Shown one piece after another: positions 21,488 to 31,114 of a stretch of 64,000 nucleotides of DNA (within the stretch, counting starts at the first letter, position 1; every line of letters starts with the position of its first letter). The DNA is taken from assembly GCA_019057865.1 (NCBI GenBank), contig JAHLWP010000010.1:32001-96000 (forward strand), given 5' to 3'. The position numbers and the translations under genes are program-made. The notes beneath the pieces are model-generated. The model ran no database searches, was not told the DNA's origin, and saw nothing but the letters and a program-made list of their open reading frames with translations. The DNA is from Promethearchaeota archaeon. Its GTDB lineage: Archaea; Asgardarchaeota; Lokiarchaeia; Sigyniarchaeales; SOKP01.

Positions 21488-22543
21488 CTATAAAAATTTT
21501 ACAAGTACTTTTCCTATTGTCGCAATGGTAAATTTTATATCATCCTCATTTATTCCATAATGAGTAACAAACCGAATTCTATGGTTAAAATTGAAGGTTT
21601 TAATTCCATTTTTATAAAGTTCAACCATCAATTTATCCATTGGTATTTTTAGTGGAAAATCTACCCAGAAAATATTTGTTTCTGGCTGTTGAACTTTAAT
21701 TGAGAACTCAAGATTCTTAAGACCTTCAGCAAGAAATTTAGCATTCTTATGATCCTCCTCCAGTCTTTTTATCCATTTCGGTTCAAGTGCTATTAAACCA
21801 AAACATGCAATAACTCCAGCTTGTCGCATCCCTCCTCCTAACATTTTTCGATATTTTCTTGCTTTTTCAATAAAATCGTATGACCCAGCAACAATAGAAC
21901 CAACTGGACACGAGAGACCTTTGGATAAACAAAACATAACACTATCAACATGTTGAGTAAAATCTGAAGCAGGTCTGTTAAGCGCTACCGAAGCATTAAA
22001 TAATCTTGCACCATCAAGATAGAATTTTAAATCATTTTTCCCTGCAAATTCCTTCATTTTATAAAGATCTTCAGGTTTGATTATAGTTCCTCCATGAAAA
22101 TTATGAGTATCCTCAGCACATAAAAGAGTTGTTGGAGGTTCATGAATATCTTCTTTATCTCGAATCAATTCTTGAAGTTCATCTAAGTTTGGCATAGCTT
22201 TATTTGATGAATAAGTACAAATCATTAATCCTCCGATTCGAGCAGCACTTCCTACCTCATGACCATAAATATGACTAAGTTCCTCAACCATTATTTCATC
22301 TCCAGGTGTGGTTTGAGATAATAAAGAAACAAGGTTTCCTTGTGTTCCTGAAGTGACAAATAATGCTGCTTCTTTTCCAACTATCTTTGCTGCTTTATCT
22401 TCCAACTCATTAACAGTTGGATCTTCTCTTTCAACATCATCACCTATCTTTGTATTATCCAACGATTTAACTACTTCCCACATTTCGGGAGATGGTTTTG
22501 TTACAGTATCAGAACGGAGATCAACAATTTTCATTTTAATCAA
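21488..22543 (-). CDS. ltaE: Low-specificity L-threonine aldolase
   Basis: DLRSDTVT, GDDV..EDPTV, SGTQGN, LDGARLFNA, CLSKGL, GGGMRQAG. Confidence 0.93.
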   Translation of the reverse strand: MIKMKIVDLRSDTVTKPSPEMWEVVKSLDNTKIGDDVEREDPTVNELEDKAAKIVGKEAALFVTSGTQGNLVSLLSQTTPGDEIMVEELSHIYGHEVGSAARIGGLMICTYSSNKAMPNLDELQELIRDKEDIHEPPTTLLCAEDTHNFHGGTIIKPEDLYKMKEFAGKNDLKFYLDGARLFNASVALNRPASDFTQHVDSVMFCLSKGLSCPVGSIVAGSYDFIEKARKYRKMLGGGMRQAGVIACFGLIALEPKWIKRLEEDHKNAKFLAEGLKNLEFSIKVQQPETNIFWVDFPLKIPMDKLMVELYKNGIKTFNFNHRIRFVTHYGINEDDIKFTIATIGKVLVKFL

Positions 22544-22628
22544 AATCTTAAGTATATTATTTTATGTTTTTATAATGTATCATAGAAATAAAAAATTATT
22601 AACAGTATTTTTCATTGAAGTTTTTAAT

Positions 22629-23015
22629 ATGAACAATTTTAGAAAAATTGACGAAAACATACAGTTTCCAGAAGTTACCGGTAATTTTATTGTGGTCTAT
22701 GAAGATCAGGACATCTATTTATATGGATGGATTGCACTTGATAAGACTTTTGATAATTTTTGCTCTTTTTTACAAGAAGAAATAGAATATTCCTGGGGTT
22801 TTGAATACGCAGATATGAACGATTACTTAATTTTCTATATTAATATGAATGATAAAAATCAATTAAAAGAAATATCTGATAATCAATATTATCAAAATAT
22901 TCGAAAGCAAGATGAAATTTTCATAGTAGTATTACATAAAAAAATCAAATATCGAATTATAGAAAATATTCCACCAGTATACGATTGGTTTATGGAAGAT
23001 TTTTCAAGTTTTTAA
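22629..23015 (+). CDS. Hypothetical protein (128 aa)
   Basis: The part of ORF 22353-23015 that does not overlap ltaE, from ATG 22629 (MNNFRKIDEN...). Confidence 0.55.
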   Translation: MNNFRKIDENIQFPEVTGNFIVVYEDQDIYLYGWIALDKTFDNFCSFLQEEIEYSWGFEYADMNDYLIFYINMNDKNQLKEISDNQYYQNIRKQDEIFIVVLHKKIKYRIIENIPPVYDWFMEDFSSF

Positions 23016-23115
23016 TCTTCTACTTAAAATTTCAAAAAATTCAGAAAAAAAAAAAAAATTAAAGATTATTTTTTTAATAATTTCCCGTTATTTTTATTTG
23101 AGGTTCTTTGACAAA

Positions 23116-23868
23116 TTACAAACCTGGAATTCCTGTCCGTTTGTGGATGATCTCCAGTATCTTGGTGATAAATGTGATTGTAATTAAAAAGATCATAGTT
23201 GTAAGGACGTATGTAGTGAGTGGATAAAACGTCTTATGAGCGATAACGTCTGCCTGAAAAAATAATTCCTCCACTCCTCCAATAAAATAGATAAGGACAG
23301 TATATTTTGGAAGATAAGCAGCTTCATTGGACCAAGCAGGGATAACACGGCGCAAAGCTTGTGGTAATACGATATGGTGAATACTAGCAATACGTGACAT
23401 TCCCAGCGAGCGTGCAGCTTCTAATTACCCAGTTCCAACAGAAATAATGGCTCCACGGAGATATTCAGCTTGATAAACCGCACTATTAAGACTCAGCGTG
23501 AGTATACCCACAAATATTGGGTAATCCATAAGCTTCAGAGTGATGTCTCTATCTAGCATTCTAAAGCTAGTCTTTAAACTCCAACTTCCAACAGGGATAT
23601 TTAAGCTAACGGGAAGAAAATAAATGAATAATAATTGCGCGAGCAAAGGTGTACCACGTATAATCTCAATGTACCCAGTAGCAATCCGTGAAAGAATCCT
23701 CCCTCCGTACTGGCGAAGTATGCTAAGGATAAGACCAAGCAAAAAGCCCATCAAAAGTGCGCATCCATACAACCACATCGTCAATAAAAAACCTGAGAAG
23801 ATATGATCCCAGGATTTCAGTACAGCAAAAATTTCCTTAATGGGGTTGGGACTAGCTTGAAATATCAT
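23116..23868 (-). pseudogene. Amino-acid ABC permease paralog with one nonsense codon
   Basis: ISVGTG*LEAARSLGM vs TSVGTEQLVAAQSLGM in the intact paralog 26875-27624; TAA at 23425-23427 replaces Gln, same frame, no indel. Confidence 0.85.
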
Positions 23869-24595
23869 TTACTTTCCTCCTCATATGATTGCTTTAAAAG
23901 CCCTTCATGGCTTCCATATAATATCTGAAGCTGTTTGAGAAATTTTTTTACTCGATCAGACTTAGGCGAGGTGAAGAAATGTTTAGGAGTTCCCCGTTCT
24001 AAGATAACTCCATCACCGAGAAAAATCATTTCTGATGCAACAGCTCTCGCGAAACCCATTTCGTGAGTGACAACTATCATTGTAGTACCTGCTTTAGCAA
24101 TATCCAACATCACTTGGAGTACTTCGCCAATCAGTTCAGGATCTAAAGCAGAAGTAGGCTCGTCAAACAAGATTACATCTGGCTCCATGGCCAAAGCACA
24201 TGCAATACCTACACGTTGTTGTTGTCCACCGGATAGTTCTGCAGGATAGTGATCAGCCCATTGCTCCATTTTAACTTGTTGCAATGCCTCTAGTGCCTTT
24301 GCGCGAGCTTCTTCCTTTAAAAGACCTTTCACCCGGCGAAGCCCTATACTAACATTATCTATCGCTTTGAGATGAGCAAATAGATTAAAATGTTGGAATA
24401 CCATGCCGATCCTTGCTCGTATCGTATTAAGATTTATTCCAGATGCCATAAGATTCTGTCCACGAAGATATACTTCACCCTTATCTGGTGGGCTTAGCAT
24501 ATTGATGCAACGAAGTAGTGTACTTTTACCAGAACCACTTGGCCCAAATATTATCTTGACTTCTCGCTCTGCTACTTCGAGTGAAACACCCTTAA
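23865..24595 (-). pseudogene. Polar amino-acid ABC ATPase paralog, 5'-truncated
   Basis: Homology to 27621-28412 ([23 protein letters not shown]) stops abruptly near 24595; about 20 N-terminal residues and the start are missing. Confidence 0.8.
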
Positions 24596-25170
24596 TAAAT
24601 CCGGAGCAATTCCAAGGTAAAGATTTAATGGTATTTCCCTGTTTAGTGTCACATTCAAAATTTTCTCAGAGGGGAATTGGGAAACAATTAATTGAAGCGG
24701 CAGAGAAAGAAACTTTCAATCAAAAGCGAAAGGGAATTGCAACGATTGGTTATTTTTGGGATTTTTGGTTTATGCCTGCAAAGTATTTTTTAAACCTTGG
24801 TTTTAAAGTCGTGGTAAGGAGGGGTGAAGAAGCAATATTATGGAAACAGTTTGATCAAACTGCAGAACCACCTACATTTAGGGAAGAAAACTATAAATTT
24901 AAACCCATTAAAGGAAAAGTGGTAATAGATCTATTTTGGAGTACTTTCTGTTTAACCAGTGATGTTGAAGCCCAAAGAGTTCGAGAAATAGTCTCAGAAT
25001 ATGGAGGTACTGTGATTTTAAATGAATATTCTGCTGATAATCAATCAATTTTACAACAATATGGTATTTCTCGAAGAATCTATGTGAATGGTAAAATAGT
25101 TGAAGTGGGTCCAGAAATAGAAAAAGAAGAGCTTAGACAAGAAATTGAAAATGCTAAAATAAAGATTTAG
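24589..25170 (+). pseudogene. 5'-truncated GNAT acetyltransferase with C-terminal YoaP/thioredoxin-like domain
   Basis: [15 protein letters not shown] motif A, then FWSTFC...RIYVNG; the upstream part of ORF 24403-25170 is only the antisense of the ABC ATPase. Confidence 0.7.
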
Positions 25171-26303
25171 CTTTGCGAATTTTTTAACTCCATAAGTAAT
25201 TCATGTATGCGACTAAGTGCTTGGGTAAGGTAATCTTGCGGCAGTCCAAAACCAATCCGAAGGAACTTGTCCATACCGAAAAAATCCCCTGGTATAATGA
25301 GTACATTCTTTTCCTTTCGCAAACGCTCTGCAAATTCAGTAGAATTGATATCTAAGTGATAACGTAAGAAAAGGATTGCAGCTGCTTGTGGAGGTATAAA
25401 ACTGAATGTATTTTTGTGGTTATCCATCCATGATTGTAAAACCAGATATCCATTACGAATGAACTTACGAGTACGCTTGATAATGCGCGGTCTTACTTTA
25501 GGGGACAAGGCGATCGCAGCGAGTTTGTTTGATAACATCGTGGCACTGATTGTAGTATACTCGTGTCTAGCCCAAATATTATCTATAGTATCAATAGGAC
25601 CGAGTACCCAGCCAATACGAAGTCCAGGTAAACCATATGCTTTACTCATACTACCCACCGCTAGTACTTTGTCGTATCGTCCATAAAATGAAGGAGTTTG
25701 ATCGTTTATCAAACGTTCAGCACCAATATAGACTTCATCGGCCAAAATCCATGCACCAACTCGTTCTGCTGCATTAACAATAGCATCCATTTCATTCTCA
25801 GTAAGGATATAACCAGTAGGGTTATTAGGATTACATACGGCGATGAGTTTGGTATTTTTTGTCACTTTTTCTTGTAATTCATCTAAGTCAGGTGCCCAAC
25901 CATTTTCCTCGAGTAGATGGAGTTTTCTTAACCTAAAATTATTGTTCTTGGCAATACCCCAAATTTGCATGTAATTTGGTAGCATCATGACGATTTCATC
26001 ACCAGCAGCAAGTAACGTACGGATAGCATTATAATTGGCTTCAATTGCCCCTACCGTAACCAAAACATTGTCCGCCGTAGCACCATCATATAACGCAGCA
26101 ATATTTTCCCTTAGTTCGGGGATGCCATTAACATGTGGATAATTCAGATCAGTAGCAAGAAGATGATTGATATAATCTGGATCATCTGAAAGTAATTCGC
26201 TGAGCGACATTGGATGAACACTACTTTCGGTCAGGTTGAACTCAACATCCTGCTCAAACTTGGACATCCAGCGTTCTTTAGCAAAGGGTTGAAATTTTTG
26301 CAT
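25167..26303 (-). CDS. PLP-dependent aminotransferase class I/II
   Basis: NPNNPTG, ADEVY, SMSKAYGLPGLRIGW. Confidence 0.92.
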   Translation of the reverse strand: MQKFQPFAKERWMSKFEQDVEFNLTESSVHPMSLSELLSDDPDYINHLLATDLNYPHVNGIPELRENIAALYDGATADNVLVTVGAIEANYNAIRTLLAAGDEIVMMLPNYMQIWGIAKNNNFRLRKLHLLEENGWAPDLDELQEKVTKNTKLIAVCNPNNPTGYILTENEMDAIVNAAERVGAWILADEVYIGAERLINDQTPSFYGRYDKVLAVGSMSKAYGLPGLRIGWVLGPIDTIDNIWARHEYTTISATMLSNKLAAIALSPKVRPRIIKRTRKFIRNGYLVLQSWMDNHKNTFSFIPPQAAAILFLRYHLDINSTEFAERLRKEKNVLIIPGDFFGMDKFLRIGFGLPQDYLTQALSRIHELLMELKNSQS

Positions 26304-26482
26304 TTTATTGTTTTACTATTTGGAATTAATTTAAAAGAGTATTAAATCTATTTTAAATCTTCTTTGATCTATTATTTTTCTTAATCAATTGTACAATTAT
26401 TCTAGTTGATAAATCGAAGTATGTCTCTAGGTTACCTTAAATCAACATTTCAATTAAGAATTTCAATATTATTCTAATATAT

Positions 26483-26701
26483 CTATATACGTATATACGT
26501 GACAATTCCTTCTAATGTGTCTGTTGAAATCACGCTTCCAGTACTAAAATGGTCTGATGTTACCCAGTTTGGATTTATCAAGATTTTTTCTTCTGAATTG
26601 GTGATAAAATCTTTTAAAGGGATCAATTTAAGGGTTCTTAAAACTACCGCTTGAGTCGTTTCATGAGATCCTCTTTTAACAACGTAGACTTTCGTTTTCA
26701 T
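26483..26701 (-). pseudogene. N-terminal remnant of a DUF362-like protein
   Basis: KILINPNWV...G....TLEGIV resembles DUF362 N-termini; no continuation downstream. Confidence 0.5.
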
Positions 26702-26874
26702 TTTTGTAACATTTAATTCAAATGAAAGGATTAAAATATCAAATTATATAAATTACTGAACTAAAAACGATAGGTGTTAAAAAAAAAAAAATTTTATAAT
26801 TTAATTATTATCTTTTACATAACTAAAAGTTGAGGGCTCTCATTTTTTTCAATAGGTAGTAATTATTGGGCATC

Positions 26875-27624
26875 CTACAATCCCGGAATCGCCGTTCGTT
26901 TGTGGATGACATCTAGTACTTTGGAAACAGTTGAGATCAAGACTATAAAGATGATAGCGATAATAATGAATGTAGCCTCTGGGATAAACTCCCTAAATAC
27001 GAGATAGTGAGCCTTGCCAAAAAGTTCTGGTACTCCAATATACCAGACAACTATAGTATATTTCGGAAGATAGGCGGCTTCGTTGGACCATGCAGGAATA
27101 ACACGGCGTAAAGCCTGTGGCAACACGATATGGACTATACCCGCCCGACGAGACATACCCAGCGATTGGGCAGCTACTAGTTGCTCAGTACCAACAGATG
27201 TAATAGCACCACGGAGGTATTCAGCTTGATAAGCCGCACTATTAAGACCTAAAGCGAGGATACCTACTAAAATTTCTGGATTTAAAAAGATGAAAGTCAT
27301 CTCCCTATTACTGATTCTAAAGTTAGTGTAGAAGGCCCACCTTTTAATGGGGATATTCAAGCTATAAGGGAGAAAGTATAGGAGTAATATCTGTGCTAGT
27401 AAAGGTGTACCCCGCACAATTTCGATGTACCCAGTAGCAATCCGTGAAATAATTGCCCCCCCATATTGGCGAAGAATGGCGAGGAAAAGGCCAAGAAAAA
27501 AGCCTATCACTAGTGCCCATACATATAACCAAATCATCATTGTAAAACCTTCTAGGATTTCATCCCAGTATTCTAGTACGGTAAGTAAGTCCTGAATTTC
27601 CTGAGGGAGAGCTTGGAACATCAT
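26875..27624 (-). CDS. Amino-acid ABC transporter permease
   Basis: YIEIVRGTPLL.Q, SAAYQAEYLRG, EAA-like loop, LPQA.R..IP. Confidence 0.93.
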   Translation of the reverse strand: MMFQALPQEIQDLLTVLEYWDEILEGFTMMIWLYVWALVIGFFLGLFLAILRQYGGAIISRIATGYIEIVRGTPLLAQILLLYFLPYSLNIPIKRWAFYTNFRISNREMTFIFLNPEILVGILALGLNSAAYQAEYLRGAITSVGTEQLVAAQSLGMSRRAGIVHIVLPQALRRVIPAWSNEAAYLPKYTIVVWYIGVPELFGKAHYLVFREFIPEATFIIIAIIFIVLISTVSKVLDVIHKRTAIPGL

Positions 27625-28412
27625 TTGTTTTCGTCCTCATTTGACAATTTCAGAAGTCCTTCATGGCCTCCGTATAAAATATCAAGTTGCTTAAGAAAAG
27701 CTTTCACACGATCAGACTTTGGTGAGACGAAGAAATGTTGCGGGGTTCCTCGTTCTATTATGACGCCATCACCGAGGAAAAGCATTTCTGATGAAACAGC
27801 TCTTGCGAATCCCATTTCGTGAGTTACTACTATCATTGTAGTACCAGTTTTAGCAAGATCCAACATTGCTTGAAGTACTTCACCAATCAGTTCAGGATCC
27901 AAAGCAGAGGTTGGTTCATCAAACAAAATAACTTCAGGCTCCATTACCAATGCACGTGCAATACCTACACGCTGTTGTTGACCACCGGATAATTGTGCAG
28001 GATAATGATCAGCCCATTCCGCCATCCTTACTTGATGTAAAGCTTTCGATGCCTTCGAGCGAGCCTCTTCCTTTGATACACCTTTTACTCGGTGAAGACC
28101 GATACTAACGTTATCTATTGCTCTGAGATGCGCAAAAAGATTAAAATGTTGGAATACCATACCGATATTTGCTCGCATTTTGTTAAGATTGATTCCAGGC
28201 TCCATTAGATTCTGTTCCGAGAGATATACCTCTCCTTGGTCTGGTGGATCCAGCATATTGATGCAACGAAGCAATGTGCTCTTACCAGAGCCGCTTGGTC
28301 CAAAGATAACCTTCACCTCTCGTTCCATTAACTCAAATGAGATCCCCTTAAGAACCTCCAATTCTCCATATGATTTCCACACATCAACGATGCGTAGCAC
28401 GGATTTACCCAT
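27621..28412 (-). CDS. Amino-acid ABC transporter ATP-binding protein (GlnQ-like)
   Basis: [36 protein letters not shown]. Confidence 0.95.
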   Translation of the reverse strand: MGKSVLRIVDVWKSYGELEVLKGISFELMEREVKVIFGPSGSGKSTLLRCINMLDPPDQGEVYLSEQNLMEPGINLNKMRANIGMVFQHFNLFAHLRAIDNVSIGLHRVKGVSKEEARSKASKALHQVRMAEWADHYPAQLSGGQQQRVGIARALVMEPEVILFDEPTSALDPELIGEVLQAMLDLAKTGTTMIVVTHEMGFARAVSSEMLFLGDGVIIERGTPQHFFVSPKSDRVKAFLKQLDILYGGHEGLLKLSNEDENK

Positions 28413-28414
28413 CT

Positions 28415-29143
28415 TTATCCACCTCCCATTCCCAACTCTTCAAGTTTCTTGGTTTGCCGTTCGCCAAATAATCTTGTTATAGGATAGGTGAATAGAAAAT
28501 ATATAATCGCCACAATACCTATGGATAGAGCCCATAAATCAACGAAATTTGATGATATCTGTAAGGACGCGTTCGTCATCTCGACAATTCCAACCGTGAG
28601 GGCAAAGGATGAATCCTTGATGACCACCGCATATTCATTCGACCAGCTAGGAACCGCTAGCCGTAAGGCTTGTGGTAATATAATAGTTCGTAAAGCTTGG
28701 AAACGGCTCATCCCCAATGCACGAGCAGCCTCCTCCTGCCCTGGATTCACAGATAGAAGAGCGCCCCGAAAAATCTGAGATTGGTAAGCACCACTGCGAA
28801 GGGCAAGTGCCAAAATTACACCGACAAGCGGCCTATAACGTAGCTCTATGCCATAACATCTATTACCAAAGCAAATCTCATACAAATAAGTTAGATAAAT
28901 AGCAAAAATGAATATCAGAACCAGAATTGGGATTCCACGAAATATTTTTTCATAGCCACTCGCTAACCAATTAAGTTCTTTACCACCATAAACGCGCATA
29001 ATTGCCAGTGATAAACCTATCACAAACCCACCTAATAGACCTAGAGCTGTGAGCAATAATGTTGCAGGCAATCCTTTCGAAAGAATATAAAAAAAAATTT
29101 CAGCGGAATTGGGAGGATTCGGAATGCTGTTCACCCAAACCAT
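28415..29143 (-). CDS. Amino-acid ABC transporter permease
   Basis: FRGIPILV, GQEEAARALGM, LPQA, IKDSS. Confidence 0.93.
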   Translation of the reverse strand: MVWVNSIPNPPNSAEIFFYILSKGLPATLLLTALGLLGGFVIGLSLAIMRVYGGKELNWLASGYEKIFRGIPILVLIFIFAIYLTYLYEICFGNRCYGIELRYRPLVGVILALALRSGAYQSQIFRGALLSVNPGQEEAARALGMSRFQALRTIILPQALRLAVPSWSNEYAVVIKDSSFALTVGIVEMTNASLQISSNFVDLWALSIGIVAIIYFLFTYPITRLFGERQTKKLEELGMGGG

Positions 29144-29928
29144 TTTTCGATGAGTAAATCCATAGTTCCATCTCCAAAGGCATTAAGGATGACTGTATTG
29201 ATTTCTTTCATCAGCTCGGGTTCTTCCCAACGACACCAAAGTGCTGTAGGCTCAGCTGGTACTGTGAATATAGACTTAAATGCGTATGTTTTGGCATAGA
29301 CGGTAAAAACTGGTTCATCTACAAATGCAGCATCAATCGTTCCAGCATCTAATGCGGCCATAAGTATGTTAGCTTTAGGGTATACTAAAAGATCTACGCC
29401 TTCAGTCATGCCGAGGTCTAATAAGGTATCATGCTGTGTGGTACCCGATTGAACACCAACAGTGTAAGCTGTAATTTCATCTAAACTAGTGATATTAATC
29501 GTTGAGGCAGTCTTGACGATGACAACCTCAGTTACACGAATGTAGGGCACGGAATGCGCGAGTTGTTCTGCACGAGTTGGTGTAACCATCATTGCAGCCG
29601 CAATCATATCGATAGTGCCTGCTTTACAAGCACCAATCAAGATATCAAAATCCATATCTGTCATCCTTAGGCTAACATTGAGATGCGCAGCTATCATGGC
29701 TGACAGATCGACGTCGAAACCTTGCCACTCATCCGCAGTAACATTAAATATCTCAAAAGGGGGCCATGGTTCATCAGTTCCCACATAAATATAGCCTCGA
29801 TCCTGAATCTCCTCGAGTAATGTCTTCCCTTCTGGTTCTGCGGTAAGAAGTGGAGGTATAAACCATCCAAGACCGAATCCAACTGCGAGACCAACTATAA
29901 TACCTAATATAGCAAATTCTCTTTTCAT
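29131..29928 (-). CDS. Amino-acid ABC transporter substrate-binding protein (family 3), N-terminal membrane anchor
   Basis: PPFE...GFDVDL, T.TRAEQ, VGVQSGT, KWFG. Confidence 0.92.
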   Translation of the reverse strand: MKREFAILGIIVGLAVGFGLGWFIPPLLTAEPEGKTLLEEIQDRGYIYVGTDEPWPPFEIFNVTADEWQGFDVDLSAMIAAHLNVSLRMTDMDFDILIGACKAGTIDMIAAAMMVTPTRAEQLAHSVPYIRVTEVVIVKTASTINITSLDEITAYTVGVQSGTTQHDTLLDLGMTEGVDLLVYPKANILMAALDAGTIDAAFVDEPVFTVYAKTYAFKSIFTVPAEPTALWCRWEEPELMKEINTVILNAFGDGTMDLLIEKWFG

Positions 29929-30245
29929 ATAATTATCATCTCCTTATTTTTAATTATAGATAATTTCTGTATTGTTATTTTTGGAAAAATTTCTATGTTG
30001 AAATATTCAATGAGTAAACTTATAAAGATTTCCATCTTTGTTTTAACAATATTAATTATTTCTATCCTTAAAATTTTTATTGAGTAATCGAAATAGTATA
30101 TATTATATTTCATTATTTATCGTAAATTTGTAAGATATAACTAAATGTAGGGGAAATGTTACATTTCTTTACTATTTTTAGTTCAAATAACAATCATAAA
30201 AAAACAATTATATTATAAAAAAGAAAAAAAATTTGTAAAATCTAA

Positions 30246-30617
30246 TTAATTTGCTTTTAAAACTAATGTTATAGCTCTCGTTAAACGAATAATATCCATT
30301 ACTTTACCTTTCTCTACATTAATTTCTTCACGACTAATGGCATGCGTGAAATCACCTTTTCCATTACAAATTTTAACGATTGAATTAGGATCTCCAGACA
30401 TAACAATAACTGAATCTGATTTGGTCCCTTCTAACAAAATTGCTTTGCGGTTTTTAATATCTACATAAAAAGGGTCTTCAATATCAAGGTTGAATTGAAA
30501 TGACATTTCCCAATCAACGTCCTTCCCAGCAATATTAGTTACAAAAACAACTTGAGCTTTTTCATTTTGGTTTATTTTTTCAATAATTTTTGTTAAATTA
30601 TCTCTTGCTATACCCAT
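30246..30617 (-). CDS. SCP2 sterol-carrier-like protein
   Basis: FQFNL...FYVDIKN..A.L.EG....V; last gene of a thiolase-DUF35 operon. Confidence 0.7.
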   Translation of the reverse strand: MGIARDNLTKIIEKINQNEKAQVVFVTNIAGKDVDWEMSFQFNLDIEDPFYVDIKNRKAILLEGTKSDSVIVMSGDPNSIVKICNGKGDFTHAISREEINVEKGKVMDIIRLTRAITLVLKAN

Positions 30618-30619
30618 TT

Positions 30620-31114
30620 TTACTTCCCTCCTTCATATTCAGGTTTATTAATCCAGTTTTCATATTCATCTTCTGGAACAAAGAAGAAATCTGTCATTTT
30701 CCCTTCTCTTACTTTGTTAAAAACAGCTCTAACTCTTCTTCCTTTTTTAATCTTAGAAGGAACTAAATTTTCTGAAAAAATTCCTTGAAGTAATGCGGTT
30801 TCTGCTCCATCTAATTTTATAAAGCCTATACTATAAGGTACGGCTTTTATAAATGCAGAAGTTGTATACCATACAATTGTGCTAACTTCTATAGTTCCTG
30901 TTTGGTTCAATTCTACCCATTTAGCAGGAGCAAAACAATCAGAGCAATTGATCCTTGGAGGCATCCATGTCTTTCCACATTTAGTACATTTTGTGCCCAA
31001 TAGTTTTTTATTTTTCATTAATTCTAAAAAGAATTTGGATTGTCCTCCCATTGTGTATTTGTAGTTGATCCTTATTACATCTCTTATTTGATGCTCCTGA
31101 AATTCTTCGCTCAT
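30620..31114 (-). CDS. DUF35 (Zn-ribbon/OB-fold) protein
   Basis: KCTKCG..WMPPRINCSDC; its ATG overlaps the TGA of the spliced thiolase (ATGA, 31111-31114). Confidence 0.9.
   Translation of the reverse strand: MSEEFQEHQIRDVIRINYKYTMGGQSKFFLELMKNKKLLGTKCTKCGKTWMPPRINCSDCFAPAKWVELNQTGTIEVSTIVWYTTSAFIKAVPYSIGFIKLDGAETALLQGIFSENLVPSKIKKGRRVRAVFNKVREGKMTDFFFVPEDEYENWINKPEYEGGK

Noticed and set aside
23425-23427. In-frame TAA in the ABC permease as recoding or an intron
   Set aside because: Simple CAA-to-TAA type change with no insertion, in an operon copy that has already lost its 5' end.
24403-24588. 5' part of ORF 24403-25170 and other antisense ORFs (e.g. 8302-8643, 22353-22628, 37649-38056, 28180-28482)
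   Set aside because: Shadow frames opposite well-supported genes.
26430-26510. Possible insert in the DUF362-like remnant (EGIV...KFLIENV) as a fourth BHB intron
   Set aside because: An outer helix can form but no complementary 4-bp central helix, and the frame stops again shortly afterwards.
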